DNA of 64,000 nt from Octopus bimaculoides (lineage: Eukaryota). Under the pieces are notes generated by a model. The model ran no database searches, had not been told where the DNA came from, and was given only the letters and a program-made list of their open reading frames with translations. Where the stretch lies: contig NC_068983.1 of NCBI RefSeq assembly GCF_001194135.2, positions 155,645,708 to 155,709,707 on the forward strand. The letters are read 5' to 3'. Positions 14,344 through 28,245 of the stretch are shown here, piece by piece (within the stretch, counting starts at the first letter, position 1; each line of letters opens with the position of its first letter). A program made the position numbers and the translations under genes.

Positions 14344-15111
14344 ATATATATAATATATATCAGGTGATGCACAAGCGCTTTGCTCTGAAGCTGTAAGCTG
14401 ATGAAGTTCATTGTTTAATATTTTGTTCCTTTACCATTTAATTAATTTCATATTACACTCTACTCAGCTAGCGCACTATTCTAAAGTATATTGAGATCTA
14501 AAGCCAGGTTATTGGTTTTGCTGTGTCTAACCGGGTGTCTTTGTATTTGTGTTGCATTTATCCGTCACCAGCGCTTGGTAATCAGTTTTGGTTTGCATAC
14601 GTCCCTCTTACATTGCGGTTCGACAAAAAAAGGAAAGATAGAATAAATGCCAAACTTAAAAAGAAAAATTACTAAGGGTGATTTCTTCGAGTAAAGCCTT
14701 CAAGATTGTGCGCCACCAAGGCCTTGGTCGAATGACCAAAACAAGTAATAGATCGGTATACGTATATTTATAATGCAACATACGTATCTCACTAAAGCAG
14801 TCACAACTCATTTTACCATTTCTACAAGAATGATGGTTACACGCGTAGTCGAAATTAATAGTCATATTTCGTTTTGTCTCTTCTACCAGCTGGGAAAATA
14901 TGTTTGTTTGTTTTTTCTTCTGATTAACTAGGCTCAAGCGTGCTGGAGCATACGATCGATTCAATAATAAATTAGTTAATAGACATTCCAGTAGTTTGTT
15001 TAACCAAATATGCATAAAAGACGGTCTATATACTACTACATCATTCAAGCAAGCTTTTACAGTGACATTTATGAACTCATGTATATACACATAACACACA
15101 CGCACACAAAA

Positions 15112-15142
<31 letters not shown>

Positions 15143-15277
15143 TGTACGTAAGCATGTATGCATATGTATATATATATATATATACACCCACACACTTACA
15201 CTCACTCACACACACATACAGATTGTCTTTCTATACGTATATGCATATTGAAGTAGTCAAATACGAAGGCGCATATA

Positions 15278-15321
<44 letters not shown>

Positions 15322-15528
15322 CGTGTGTGCGTGTGTTATACGTATGTATACCATAAATGCGAAATCATAAGCTTTTTTCAGTTGGCAAGAAATCAGGTAG
15401 GCCATTATACACCTCGTTTTATGCAGTTTTAAATTCTTTTACATATTGGGTTTTTTTTTAATCAATTTTATATTCCCGTATAAGTGTTAGCGAACAATCT
15501 GTATATGCATATATATGCTTCTGTGTGC

Positions 15529-15586
<58 letters not shown>

Positions 15587-16050
15587 CTAGGTGTATATGT
15601 ATGTTTATGTGTTTGCCCGTGTGATCACACTGCTTTTGCCTATACGTACATCTTCGAGTGTGTTGGGTGTGAATGTACACATGTATATTTATAGATGTTT
15701 TTGAGCGTCTGTATGTATGTGCATGTGTTTGATTATTAGTGTGTTCAGCGAGTGTGTAAATGCGTGTGTGTTTATGTGTGAGGGTAAGTGTGTGTGTATG
15801 TACGTGTAGATGTGTGTATGGGAGTGCGTTTGTCAGCCATTTAAAGATATTCACTACTTTATTGATTATAAAATATTAGACAACAGTTCTGTTCTATTCA
15901 CTCAATAACATCAAATACGTAGGAACGTCGATACACCCCCCCACACACACATACGTCGATACACACTCACACACACATACACATACAAACCATTCTCTCT
16001 TCCTCAGTCTCATACATGCATATACATACAGACATACATGCATGCATACA

Positions 16051-16082
<32 letters not shown>

Positions 16083-16421
16083 CAAGAACATATAAACATA
16101 TTCACACATTCATCCATATCTTTATATTAGTTTCTGATGCCCGCTTATTATACACAAACATTTGTCGCAGACCAAAAATTGAATACTAGCGTTATTATAT
16201 AATAATACAGATTTATAGCTTAAGCACAAGGAGAGACATTGTGAAGAGCAGAGTGGTGTTGAACTATTGCTTAAATAAACCCAACAACTAGAGTCGTGTT
16301 TATTTTATCGACCTCGAAATGAGGAAAATTTGACTCCAGAACACAAACGAATGTAACTAAATAGCGCAACGGCTTTTTGCCGATATGCTACCGATTCCAC
16401 AAGCTACTACTATGATGATGG

Positions 16422-16482
<61 letters not shown>

Positions 16483-16612
16483 GATGATGATGATGATGGT
16501 GGTGATGATGATGATGATGATGGTGATGATGGTGACGATGATGATGATGATGATGATGATGGTGATGATGGTGATGATGGTGGTGATGGTGGTGGTGATG
16601 ATGATGATGGTG

Positions 16613-16647
<35 letters not shown>

Positions 16648-16665
16648 AATAATAATAATATTACA

Positions 16666-18035
16666 AATAGTACATGAAGAACTGGCACAAAAGGTGACAG
16701 CATTAGAGGCCAAATTGAAAAGATATGAAGCCAGATGCAAAGGTTTCGAACAGAATAAACTGTTCCAATCAAATAGAAGGCATCTATTTGAGGAAATAGA
16801 AGGAGACCAACATCAGGAGCTGATTCTAGATGCGGAGGAAAGTAAGGAATTTTGGGGAAGGCTGTGGAACAGTCCGGCGAGACATAAAGAAAGCCCGGAG
16901 TCACTAACAAAGGTGAAAAGACAACTTGCAACTGTACCAAGAGAAAAAGACGTCAGGATTAATCTATACACACTGAGACAAAAGTTCAAAAATAAATAGT
17001 AAATTGTAAAGGACATGACCTGGGTTGGAGTACAAGGCTATTGGCTGAAGAACTTTACACAGTTGCATCGAAGGATCACTGCGCAACTGGATGATTGCTC
17101 ACCTAGATGTCAACTGGACGAACGCTACTATGCCTCGAGGATCCCTTGAAAGGGAACTTGACATCACATTTTTGACCTATACCTGTGTACCACTTATGTG
17201 GAAGTTTGTGACCGGTGTCTTGGCGGAAGAGTTATACAAGCATCTGGAAAGTAACAATCTACTTCCAGAAGAACAGAAAGGATGCAGTCAACAAAGTAGG
17301 GCAACAAAAATTGATAAAATGATAAATTAGAAATTGTAGATACAGATTGACGGGACTGAATGTTGCATGGCTAGATTACAAAAATGCATATGAGATGGTA
17401 TCACACACTTGGATAAGTAAAACAATGAGCATGCTTGGAATAGCAAAAAAAAAAAAAACACATGGAGAAAATGTTTAATGAAAGTATGAAACATTGAAAT
17501 ACTGAAATGATCGGAAGAAAACAAAAGCTGGGAAAAGTGAACAACAGACGTGGAATATTCCAAGGTGACAACTTCTCACCCTTACTATTCGTACTGGCCA
17601 TGACACCGTTCACTATTATACTATGAGAAGTGGCACACATTGTGACAGAATGTCACAAGTTGGCACAGGAATAATATAAGAAACAGAGGCATGACGAGGC
17701 TGTAAAAGTGTTACGCTGGAAACTGCCAGAAATGGGGATTTAAAGCTGGAAACATATGGTGCAATCATCGAGTCGAAAGAGTACTGGAGTTGGAGAAATG
17801 TAAGATTTTGTGGGACTTTCCTATTCAAACGGACAAGAAGATAGGAACTAATAGACCAGTCATAACAATTGTAGATAAGGAAAAGCGAAGCTGTTTGCTT
17901 GGAACGGCAAGAATAACCAGAAAAGCATTAGATGGCTGAAAAGAATGGATAGCATCGCACTGTAGGCTGCTGGAAGCAAGTCCGCTACGCATGCAAGACA
18001 CCAGGAGTTCCAACAAAACCTGTGATAAAGAGAAA
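16666..18035 (+). mobile_element. R4/Dong-like non-LTR retrotransposon (RT plus restriction-like endonuclease), internally deleted
   Basis: [55 protein letters not shown] and KILWDFPIQTD..NRP. Bordered by (GAT/AAT)n on both sides. Confidence 0.85.
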
Positions 18036-18310
18036 TGATAATAATAATGATAACAATAATAATGATAATAATTCCTAATATAGGCACAAGGCCTCAAATT
18101 TGTTAGTTACATAGAGTTCAAAAAATGTAAAAATTAGATGGGTTTGAAGCGTGTGCACAGAAATATCTCAAAAGCAGTGAGGTAACAGTAATATTTTAGA
18201 CAATATGTATATCTTCACAGTTAAGGAAATGTTTGGAAATGCCACTGCTTGGAAATGCGCATGTCTGTGCCTCATTTGCTAAGACTGCAAAGTACTCCAC
18301 TCAGCTGACG

Positions 18311-18699
18311 GTTGTTGTTGTTGGCACTCCGTCGCTTGCGACGTCCAGGGTTCCAGTTGATCCGATCAACGGAGCAACCTGCTCGTGAAATTAACGTGCA
18401 AGTGCCTGAGCGCTCCACAGACACGTGTACCCTTAACGTAGTTCTCGGGTATATTCATCGTGACACAGTGTGACAAGGCTGACCCTTTGAATTACAGGCA
18501 CAACTGAAACAGGAAGAAAGAGTGAGAGAAAGTTGTGGTGGAAGAAAACAGTAGGGTTCGCCAACATCCCCCGCCGGAGCCTCGTGGAGCTTTTAGGTGT
18601 TTTCGCTCAATAAACACTCACAACGCTCGGTCTGGGAATCGAAACCGCGATCCTATGACCACGAGTCCGCTGCCCTAACCACTGGGCCATTGCGCCTCC
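18311..18699 (-). mobile_element. tRNA-derived SINE (family B), well-preserved
   Basis: Head GGAGGCGCAATGGCCCAGTGGTTAGGGCAGCGGACTC...GGTTTCGATTCCCAG has A and B boxes, then continues about 310 bp into a non-tRNA body ending in (AAC)n. Confidence 0.85.
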
Positions 18700-18821
18700 C
18701 GAATGTTGACGGTAAATGGAACGTTTCCGCAGTAGAATACCTTCCTTCAACAGAAAGCAAAACATCAGACTGTCCAGCCTGTTCAGGCGTGAATTGAAAT
18801 AAGACGCAACAGTCAGGCGAT

Positions 18822-18873
18822 AATAGATGGCGGTAATAGATGGCGGTAATAGATGGCGGTAATAGATGGCGGT
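18822..18873. repeat. 13-bp tandem repeat (AATAGATGGCGGT)x4
   Basis: Four perfect copies read directly. Confidence 0.95.
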
Positions 18874-19088
18874 TACAATGTAGACGTTTGCCACCTACCT
18901 TCACCCAATCATTCATGGGTAGCTTCCTCTCAGCTAATTTGCAAAATGAGACTTGCCACCCTGGCTGTCAGTTCTTCCCCGGACCTTTCCAACTGGAGAT
19001 CTGAACTAAACCAGATCTCGAGCAATTTATTCGTTCCGTACATCCAGTGCACTACGACGCTGTGAGACAACATGGATCTACAACTCCA

Positions 19089-19328
19089 GAGGCGCGTAGA
19101 TTAGTGGTTAGGGTGTTGGATCGTAAGATTGTGGTTTCGATTCCTGGACCGGGTGACATGTTGTGTTCTTGAGCGAAACACTTCATTTCACGTTGCTCCC
19201 GTCCACTCAGTTAGCAAAAATGAGTAATCCTGCGACAGACCGCCATCCCGCCCAGGTGGGGAAAATATACGTCATGGAAACCAGGAAACAGGCCCTAATG
19301 AGTCAGCATGACTCGAGAAGGAAATTTT
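19089..19328 (+). mobile_element. tRNA-derived SINE (family C)
   Basis: A box TAGTGGTTAG and B box GGTTTCGATTCC, then TGTGTTCTTGAGCGAAACACTTCATTTCACGTTGCT, shared with 49100-49390. Confidence 0.75.
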
Positions 19329-20480
19329 ACCATTACCTTTACCACTCCAGATGCCAAAGTGTCATCCGCATATGCCGACACAGTTTCAACGTTTCTAGTT
19401 TCTCTAGTTGGGTCTCTGGGGTTTATACATACGGACTACATTAGGGGGAAACTTCTTTAGAAAACTGATTACGTAATCTGAACGGTTTCGAATAGTGACC
19501 AGTTACCCCGAACGCCGAGCAAATGTCGCTGTACACTGTACGATCCAACCCGTGGAAACGGGACTGGAACCGACTGCTTTGAGGACAGCCACAAAGAAAT
19601 TGGTCGTCATCATACCGAAAGTTTTCGATTTATCTGAACTGATCAGGACTCCACATGTGCCAGGTCCATTAAGTACTCGTCCTATGTTGTATCGCCATAA
19701 GTCGATATTATCGTGAATTGATCTGCTTCGGATGGCACATGCCTACACCTCACCAACTGAATAATCGAAGACAAGCGACAGCTTCTTCATTAATACCTAG
19801 GCTAAAACTCTGAACTGTACGTCTTACAGAATAGGGGATGGAAAATTATCAATGTGTTACCCTTTGTTCGGATCCATTCTTGATCCACCACTTCGCGGTT
19901 CACATAACGTGGAATTTTCCCCTTCTGTTGGGATAACTTGGATAATTTTCTATGTGAGTTGAAATGCTATTGGTTAGTGTGATTGAGTTACTGTATGTGA
20001 TATTGATATTTATTGGTATGAGCTCCGTTAATATTTTATTGTTTTTCGTAATGGTTGTGTAATTTGTAATTCCTTGCTTTTGTTCGTGTTCAGAGACGTG
20101 TACCGACTGTTGGTGCGTGTGTGAATTTGGTCGCGCTCTTGCTTACGATGGTGATGCCTGTGATAGAAGTCGTGGTGCTGATAGGACGGATGGGGACGGT
20201 GGGGATATTGGAGTTGATGTTGCTGGTTTAGCTGCTGTTGGCAGTGATTTTTGTGCATCGCTACTTAAAGCCATCTGCCCAATTTGTTCGTATGTTTCTT
20301 TTTTTTTTTTTCCCATTCTTACTGTTTGTCATTTGGTGTTCTCCTCGTCACTCCCATTACAGAAAATATCCGTATGGTATCGGTCGGGCTGAGATATGCT
20401 TTGGAGAGGTGATGTCTCTGAAGTTCATTATTTACATTATTTACATTTGACAGATATTTGTCCTCATCTTGTTTGTTGTT

Positions 20481-20525
20481 AACACAACGTTTCGGCTGAT
20501 GTACCCCCAGCCTTCATTAGGTGTC
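20481..20525 (-). ncRNA. Minimal type I hammerhead ribozyme fold with G5A core variant (inverted copy)
   Basis: Exact reverse complement of 21061-21105. Confidence 0.75.
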
Positions 20526-20576
20526 TTGGGGAAATTTCAAACCTGGGTTCTCATTCCTAAGATATTTTCGATGTTA

Positions 20577-20653
<77 letters not shown>

Positions 20654-20910
20654 NNNNNNNNNNNNNNNNNNNNNNNNNNNNNNNNNNNNNNNNNNNNNNN
20701 NNNNNNNNNNNNNNNNNNNNNNNNNNNNNNNNNNNNNNNNNNNNNNNNNNNNNNNNNNNNNNNNNNNNNNNNNNNNNNNNNNNNNNNNNNNNNNNNNNNN
20801 NNNNNNNNNNNNNNNNNNNNNNNNNNNNNNNNNNNNNNNNNNNNNNNNNNNNNNNNNNNNNNNNNNNNNNNNNNNNNNNNNNNNNNNNNNNNNNNNNNNN
20901 NNNNNNNNNN

Positions 20911-21013
<103 letters not shown>

Positions 21014-21060
21014 TCGAAAAATACCTTAGGAATGAGAACCCAGGTTTGAAATTTCCCCAA

Positions 21061-21105
21061 GACACCTAATGAAGGCTGGGGGTACATCAGCCGAAACGTT
21101 GTGTT
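21061..21105 (+). ncRNA. Minimal type I hammerhead ribozyme fold with G5A core variant
   Basis: GACAC-CUAAUGA-A-GGCUG-GGGGUACAU-CAGCC-GAAA-CGUU-GUGUU: stem I GACAC/GUGUU, 5-bp stem II, palindromic ACGU stem III. Confidence 0.75.
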
Positions 21106-22631
21106 AACAACAAACAAAACGAGGACAAATATCCGCCAAATGTAAATAATGTACATAATTCCTCATCTCTTAAATATAGAACTGTAGTCTCTGAAATTGT
21201 TTTGTTGATAGAGTTATTGTTTTGGGGGTTTCTGTTGCTGTTTGTTTTGCTCCCGTCTGTGACCCTTGATGCTGGTGTGGTCTTTTTCTTCTTTTTGTTT
21301 TTCGTTGTTGATAATTTCATTGCTATTTCTGTTGTTGTCACTGCTGTAGATGCTGCTGTATCTTTTGTTCCTTCTGTTGATACTGCTGTTTTCACAGCTT
21401 CTACTTTTGTTATTAGTTATTAGTGTTGTTATAGCCAACTGCTACTGCTGTTTCTGCTGCGGCACTTTCTACTGGTTCTGCTGTCTCTACTGCTACTGCT
21501 GTTTCTGCTGGTGTTGTTGTTGTTGTGATGGTATTATCGATGGTGTCAACAGAAGTGGAAGTTTCTCTTCTTTCCTTTGCTGTCGACAGAGAGCCTTGAG
21601 CTGCTTTTTGCTATCACACAAGTGATACCTCCTCCTTTTACCTCCAACGGCCACATGAAGTTTCGTATCATATGACAGTGAATTAAGTCCGGGAAAAATT
21701 TCATGCACCATTTAGACTAACACTAACATCTATTGAGCCAATCAGTTTTGTTTCTGAAGTCTCGGCTCCTGCAAAAGATTGGTTTTGTCTGCTATATCGG
21801 AGAAGACTGCCACCGCAAACCATATGCTTTTGTACTCCAGACGAGTGTGATGTTCTTTTCAATTTGTTGCTATGGTTTTGTATACCACAATTTCTCAGTT
21901 CGTTTCTCCCAATATGGCTTCAGGATTAAGAGTAACGTTTCTTTCAGTTTTTTTTTTTTATTTCAATTTACTTATTTCTAAATCAGCCCTCGATAAATTC
22001 ATATTTTCCTGTATTTAGCGCGCTGCAGCTTTGAAACCCTCAACGTTGGGTTTTCGAGTGTTATTTTTCTCAGTAGTTACGTTGGTATTAATTGTGACGG
22101 TGGCTGCGTAGGTAGCATTTGCAGGTGTGAAGTATAAACAATTTATTTTTCCTTCTTCCTCTTTTTACTGTTTACTTTTGTTGTTTTTGTGCTCGTTGTT
22201 GCTGTCTGTTTTTTTTCTGTCATTGCTGGTGATGGCAGTGGTGGTATTGGCTTTTCGTCTCAGTTGTTGTTGGTTTTGTTTTTGTCAAGTTCTTTGTTAA
22301 CTTGTAATAGTGAGAAATTATCATTTGTATTGTGTTGTCTGTTGGAACAGTCAACTGCCAACTGGTTTTGAGCAGCCATATTGTTTTGTTATTGTAAGCG
22401 TAATTTTCGATTTTAAAATTTAAGATGTTGCCTCTAAGTGGCGAATATGTCAAAGACAAACAACCTAGAATATGCTGGTTAGCTTAACAAACTGGTACAA
22501 CAAAGAGGAATAACAGGTTTCTTGAAAACAATAAAATTCAAAGAAAACCCATGAATTCCAAAACGACATCGTTCAGTTCCAAATGCAGTAACAACAACAA
22601 CAATAATAATCAATAATAATAATAGTGATAA

Positions 22632-22815
22632 TGGTTTCAAATTTTGGCGCAATGTCAGCAATTTTCGGGGTTGTGGGGGTAAGTCGATTACTTATTTTAT
22701 CGATCCCGAAAGGATAAATGGCGAAGTCTACCACAACGAAATTTGAACTCAGAAGGCAAAGCCGGATGAAATGCTGATAAGTATTTTGTTCGGAATACTG
22801 GCGATCCCACTAGCT
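22632..22815 (-). mobile_element. SINE family D (Nin-domain-like), diverged
   Basis: Reverse complement resembles 40622-40838 (GAGTTCAAAT...CCTTTCGGGATCGATAAAATAAGTA...CCAAAATTTGAAACC). Confidence 0.6.
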
Positions 22816-22843
22816 CCATGTCTCAATGATAATAATAATAGTA

Positions 22844-22944
<101 letters not shown>

Positions 22945-23503
22945 AAGAAGAAGAAGAAGAAGAAGAAGAAGAAGAAGAAGAAGCAGAAGAAGAAGAAGAA
23001 GGAGGAGGAGGAGGTCGTAAGGAGGATGAAGTGGTGGCGGAGGTGGAGGAGGGTTTCGATTTTGACAAAGCATGAAAATAATTTTGGAGTGGTGTCTTAA
23101 CAGATTAAATTGACTCTAATTCTTAATTCGTAGTTTACTCTAACGATACCGGAAGGACCAAAGACGACGCTGGCTTTGGTGGATTTCAGCTTAGCAAAAT
23201 TCGTAATTATATAAGGAAACTCACTTATTTATGAAGTTCTCATGATTCTGCTAATCCATAATAATTTCTAACATTGGTACAAAGCCAGAAATGTTAGGAT
23301 AGGGAACAGCTGAGCAATTCGATCTTAATAATTGATTGGTACTTAATTATTAGTCTTGGGTATCGTGAATGTTAGGGTGTTGGTGGTGATTGTTCATGTA
23401 AGTGTCAGGAATATTATTGATTGAAGTTCTCCACGGCAACAGACTATGCCGCTCTAATTTCAAACTCGATTTTTTTTTCTCATCAAAATGGGAATGTGTT
23501 AAG

Positions 23504-23611
23504 TCAAACTAGATACCTGGAGAGATTTCGTTCGCCGTACAACCTGTTCTATCTATCGACATCAGCGATTTCAATCACTCCTCCTTGGTACATATGACGT
23601 CAGCGGTCAGC
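23504..23611 (+). CDS. Candidate internal exon of unknown gene (weak GTPase switch-like peptide)
   Basis: Poly-T tract at 23470-23480, AG at 23502-23503 or 23511-23512, donor GTAAGT at 23612. One open frame gives KLDTWRDFVRRTTCSIYRHQRFQSLLLGTYDVSGQ. Confidence 0.2.
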
Positions 23612-25021
23612 GTAAGTTACTTAACATCTGATAAAGAGACTTCATTGGCGAATATGATATTTAAACAGGCTTCTGAATAGCCGTGCAAGATTTTTGACAT
23701 GCGCATTACCTAACTAGTTGCTATGCCGAACTGGTAATTGTCATGAAAGAACGTAAACACTGAAAGCAAGACAGCGGCAAAATAGCGAAGATTTATGTTT
23801 ATAACAGCCAAGAAGCGAAATGATGAGAGCTTTCTAACTATCTTGCATGTTTCGAGGTTTTCGAATCTCCTTTTACTGGAATAGCAATGTTTTGTATGAC
23901 TACAGAATAATGTAACACACTGCACAGTTTTGTTGCGTGGAGAATGTACTTACTTTAGGAACGTAATGTTGTGCAATGTTTGTGAGTGATGTGTTGTGCA
24001 GGGAAGGAGGTACTGGGAATAGTGGCTAATACTGGGTCTGAGGATGTCAGGCGATAAAATATGGGATCCAAGAAAAGAGGCGCAAGAGCCGGGGATACCT
24101 GACAATAGGAGATACGAGACAAACCAGGTCCTAAGAGTAGAGACCACTTTAGTAATGATGTGTAGTGTTGATTATTATAATCCAATCTAATATAACGATA
24201 TTGTATAGTATAGAGAAATGGAGCATATTGTCGTGAAGTGTTGCGATATTTGATACCAAGATTGATATGTTCAATGTAGATATCTGATTCTACCTCAAAG
24301 CTGCAGCTGAATTTAATATCCAAATATTGCAATATTCAATTATAACAATCTCTCTATGTTGATTGCTTGAAGAGTTATATATCCTAGGAGATGAGTAACC
24401 CCATCTAGGATCTCATGGGTATAGGAACATTGCTAAACTGCTGTTGATCATATTGATGCTACTACTATCGACATTGTTGTTCTTGTCATGAAATTTTTAT
24501 TTCATTTTGTTTAAAGATATTGAAATGATATCCAGCAAATGACGTATTTTATATTATCAACTACAAAGTTCATTGTTGTTCCTGCTGATATTTTTGCAGT
24601 TGTTGTTGGTAAAGTTATTGAACGCGCACCTCACTAGCGATCTATTTGATTTACATCCATATTATTGATGTTTATGAGTAGAGGTTTGTAAATTTGAAGT
24701 CGATTGGATCGGATCTGGTACTCTGGTACTTGTTTTATTGGACAGAATCTCCAGAAAGTGAACGGTTAGCATGAATTCCTTTGCTACCCCCACCACCCAC
24801 AGTGAGGGGTTGAACACAATGACTAACATTTATGCCTATAATATGGATCTCATTTGAGCAGAAGCTGCATCGTAGGGTTTTAGTGATGCGGAAAATAAGA
24901 TGTAAGACTTCCTTGCTTTTCTCAAGAATACTAACGATGTAATGGAAATGAAATGGCTTTAACCGCTATTTGAAACCGAATTGCTACCCAATTCTCTGTT
25001 TCCTCAATGTGTATGCTAACG

Positions 25022-25077
<56 letters not shown>

Positions 25078-25643
25078 NNNNNNNNNNTATATATATATAT
25101 GCATATGTGTGTAGATATCGTGCATTCAATATCTATAGACACGAATACACAGATCATGCAAACACACACATTTATAAATATATCTATGTAAGTATGAGTG
25201 TATAGTGAAAACAAGAGCATTATTTTTGCTTTATAAATTTTTCTGTTATGCTTTTCCAGCTTCCAGGCTATGATTTTGTTTGTGGTACCATCGATACGAC
25301 GCAAATAATGTATAATATTTTCTTTTTATTCGCTAGCAAAGAAAATAAAAACAAAAAAATATATATGTAAAAATCTATCAAATGCAACATATTTCAAGAA
25401 AAGGAAAGTTTCTTATTAAAACTACAAAATAGACATATTTTCAATACCACAAGCAAAAACAGAGAAGCTGCACCCTACATATTCCTATATTTACATTCCT
25501 ATATATCTCTCTTCCTCTCTATCTGAATCTATCAATTTGTTTATAGACGTACATATCTATACATACATGGTTATATGTGCGTATACATACATACGTACAT
25601 GCATACATGCATGCATGCATACATACATATATGGATACATACA

Positions 25644-25676
<33 letters not shown>

Positions 25677-25747
25677 GGATACATACATACATACATACAT
25701 ACATACATGCATACATGCATACATACATACATACATATATGGATACA

Positions 25748-25783
<36 letters not shown>

Positions 25784-26592
25784 TACATACATGCATACGT
25801 GTGTATTTATAGGCATCTATATGCCTCATGTGTCGAGCAAATGTGGACAAAGCCTGCGTAATGAATGGAACAATTGACAATTGTCGATTTTAGTTAAGAT
25901 GAATAGAGCTAATTGGCAAGATGTTATAACACTGCCTTTGTTCTTGCCTCTTGAACATCACCAATAGCCTCCAGGAAAACAATTTTAATTGGAGAACAGC
26001 GGATAACCAATGATTTTTAACCATCAGTCGTTTTTGAAACAACAACCACCTTGAGAACGTATGCAAGAAAAGTCTTTAGCGTTCCAAGAACAATTTATAT
26101 GAGAAATCATGATATGCTGATACTTGTGTAGTTAAAACTCTCAGCATTATGCTTTTGTTTGATTCTGCTCAGGGGCAGTGAAGATGGTTAACATATGAGA
26201 CTGTCAAGCAGGATACTTTATAGCAGCCCAAATCAGTTATTTGGATTCTGTCCTGTTATATCAAAGGAGGAGCTGACAGTTCGCATCATTCGCACCACAT
26301 AATCAACGCTGAAATTTGTGGGTACTAAAGTTATCAACATTTATTACATTGACCTAATTCATTTTGCAGCAAAGATATATATCTTACATGAACACCGATG
26401 CCTTATGGTTTATAGGGATTAGGAGAAATGTGATGACAAGAATTTCATATTTGTTTCAAAGATATTAGTAAGATAAATTAATGGAAAATATTAGAAACGT
26501 GATATGAAATCAAATCCATATGCATGGTCTGAATATGTCAGTAATTTATAAAGTTATTTGTTCCTTTCTGTTTTATTGTTTTGTTTTTATAG

Positions 26593-26672
26593 GAGCTTTA
26601 CGATTCATGAAGCGATGTGTAGGTTTTAGCCTGGTTTATGACACTGAAAATGATATGATAAGAACGGGATAA
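26593..26672 (+). CDS. Candidate terminal exon
   Basis: Strong acceptor ttctgttttattgttttgtttttatag, phase-1 frame ALRFMKRCVGFSLVYDTENDMIRTG*, and AATAAA at 26815. Confidence 0.2.
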
Positions 26673-27070
26673 ATGCTATGTACTAAGAAGAAAAGTAAAC
26701 TTAATTGTTAAGTAACTGCGAACATAGATAATACAGAATATTAATCAAATTACAAATTCTAAAAAGAGTAAAGGAGATTGACAGATATTGATTAATATTG
26801 TACGTATAACATTCAATAAATAAATAAAAGGTTTTATAATCACAGGTAAAGTTTAACCAAGATTAAATTACATTTTGATTGATCAAAAACAATACATAAA
26901 TACAAATAATAATACTGCATTGGGCAAATATGGCAGGTAACTTCTGTCATGTTGCTCATTTTACCACATTCAACGAATTAGTAATCGGTGAATCATTAAG
27001 TGAATCATGTCCTGGGTTGTTTTCCGTAATTATTGAAATGGTTTAAATAGTGTTTGTTATTGATTCACAG

Positions 27071-27147
27071 ATGTTCTGGTTAGTATTCAATCGCATTACT
27101 CTGAAAATTCTGAGGCTTATAAAGGTCGTGAGAAGCACGACTGTTAA
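27071..27147 (+). CDS. Candidate terminal exon (alternative)
   Basis: Acceptor tttgttattgattcacag, phase-1 frame VLVSIQSHYSENSEAYKGREKHDC*. Confidence 0.17.
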
Positions 27148-27716
27148 CGAGCTGCGGATAAAATATAAACAAATCCAAATATACCCTAAGAATAATGAAA
27201 GAAGCGTGAGAAAAATGTCTAACCCCAGAGAAAGTAGCATTAATATCTAACTAGTATTCCTGTGAATATTACATTTTAAAATGATTTTTCTTAATAAGAT
27301 ACGATACAAATAAAAACACTATCAGACGTCGTCATATAATACACACGAAGTACAGAAGTCACCCGTAAACGATAAATACTATAAAAATAAACTTCTATAT
27401 ATACTGCATATTTTCTTTGACAGCAAACGAACTATATTATATGTAAATAGGAAGAAATCTAAAAAAAACAAAATGAAAAACATAGGTGTAAAGAACTATT
27501 CAAATACACAACACGCACTAACTATCCTAGCTGAACAAGATAGAATAAACGGTGTTAGTTTAATCTTGCAAACTGTCAAACAAAGTTCCAGCAACACTTA
27601 TTAAGGATGGTGTTAAGATAAATCTGAATTTCTTTGAACTGCTTCATATCTGAAGGAAAGTCAGATTTTTTTGAAAAATACATTACTTGCATTATCCAAT
27701 AGTCAACACTTACATA

Positions 27717-27757
<41 letters not shown>

Positions 27758-27768
27758 TTACTACCACT

Positions 27769-27830
<62 letters not shown>

Positions 27831-27834
27831 CAAT

Positions 27835-27896
<62 letters not shown>

Positions 27897-27899
27897 TAA

Positions 27900-28065
27900 T
27901 AAAAATAATAAGGAAGTATAATATTAAAAGGGCCTGAAAGTGGTAATGGAGGAACTGAAACAGCGCCTCGTTGCAAAGATAGCAAAGATGGTAAGATACG
28001 ACCAAATAATGAAGGGTTACCACCAGAATAGGTTATTCAGAGTAGAGCAGAAGAGATTCTATAAA
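27900..28065 (+). mobile_element. R4/Dong-like ORF fragment
   Basis: KYNIKRA*KVVMEELKQRLVAK..RYDQ..GYHQNRLFRVEQKRFY, homologous to the 16666 element N-terminal part, directly after (AAT)n. Confidence 0.7.
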
Positions 28066-28245
28066 GACAAACAAATGTGTGGTATTGAGCAGAATATTTG
28101 CTGTAGCCGATCTGTTATACCAAACAAAACAATGTACATGATGACACTTCCAATCAATTAAGATCAGAAGCCATGAGAGCCACTGCCTGGTACTGCATCC
28201 GAGCATTTATCATTACTATTATTTTTATTATTATTATTATTTTTA

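Noticed and set aside
18625-18699. tRNA-like sequence with A and B boxes
   Set aside because: It continues directly into a 300-bp repeat body and simple tail, so it is a SINE head and not a tRNA gene. The same applies at 19089 and 49100.
18822-18873. Direct repeats as a CRISPR-like array
   Set aside because: No spacers, 13-bp unit and eukaryotic context. No CRISPR array was seen anywhere in the window.
19359-19381. SAYADD RT-like motif on the minus strand
   Set aside because: It comes from a near-palindromic sequence (SAYAD reads on both strands), with no flanking RT motifs in the right order.
23595-23602. CRE palindrome TGACGTCA
   Set aside because: A single 8-mer is expected by chance in 64 kb, and it lies inside a candidate exon with no promoter evidence.
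23950-24480. Possible Penelope RT remnant (YLDIKF) on the minus strand
   Set aside because: Only one short motif was recognisable, too weak to call.
25560-25800. Long His/Thr/Tyr/Ile ORFs and higher-order periodicity
   Set aside because: An (ATAC)n array with a repeated ATATATGGAT interruption, explained by ordinary slippage duplication.
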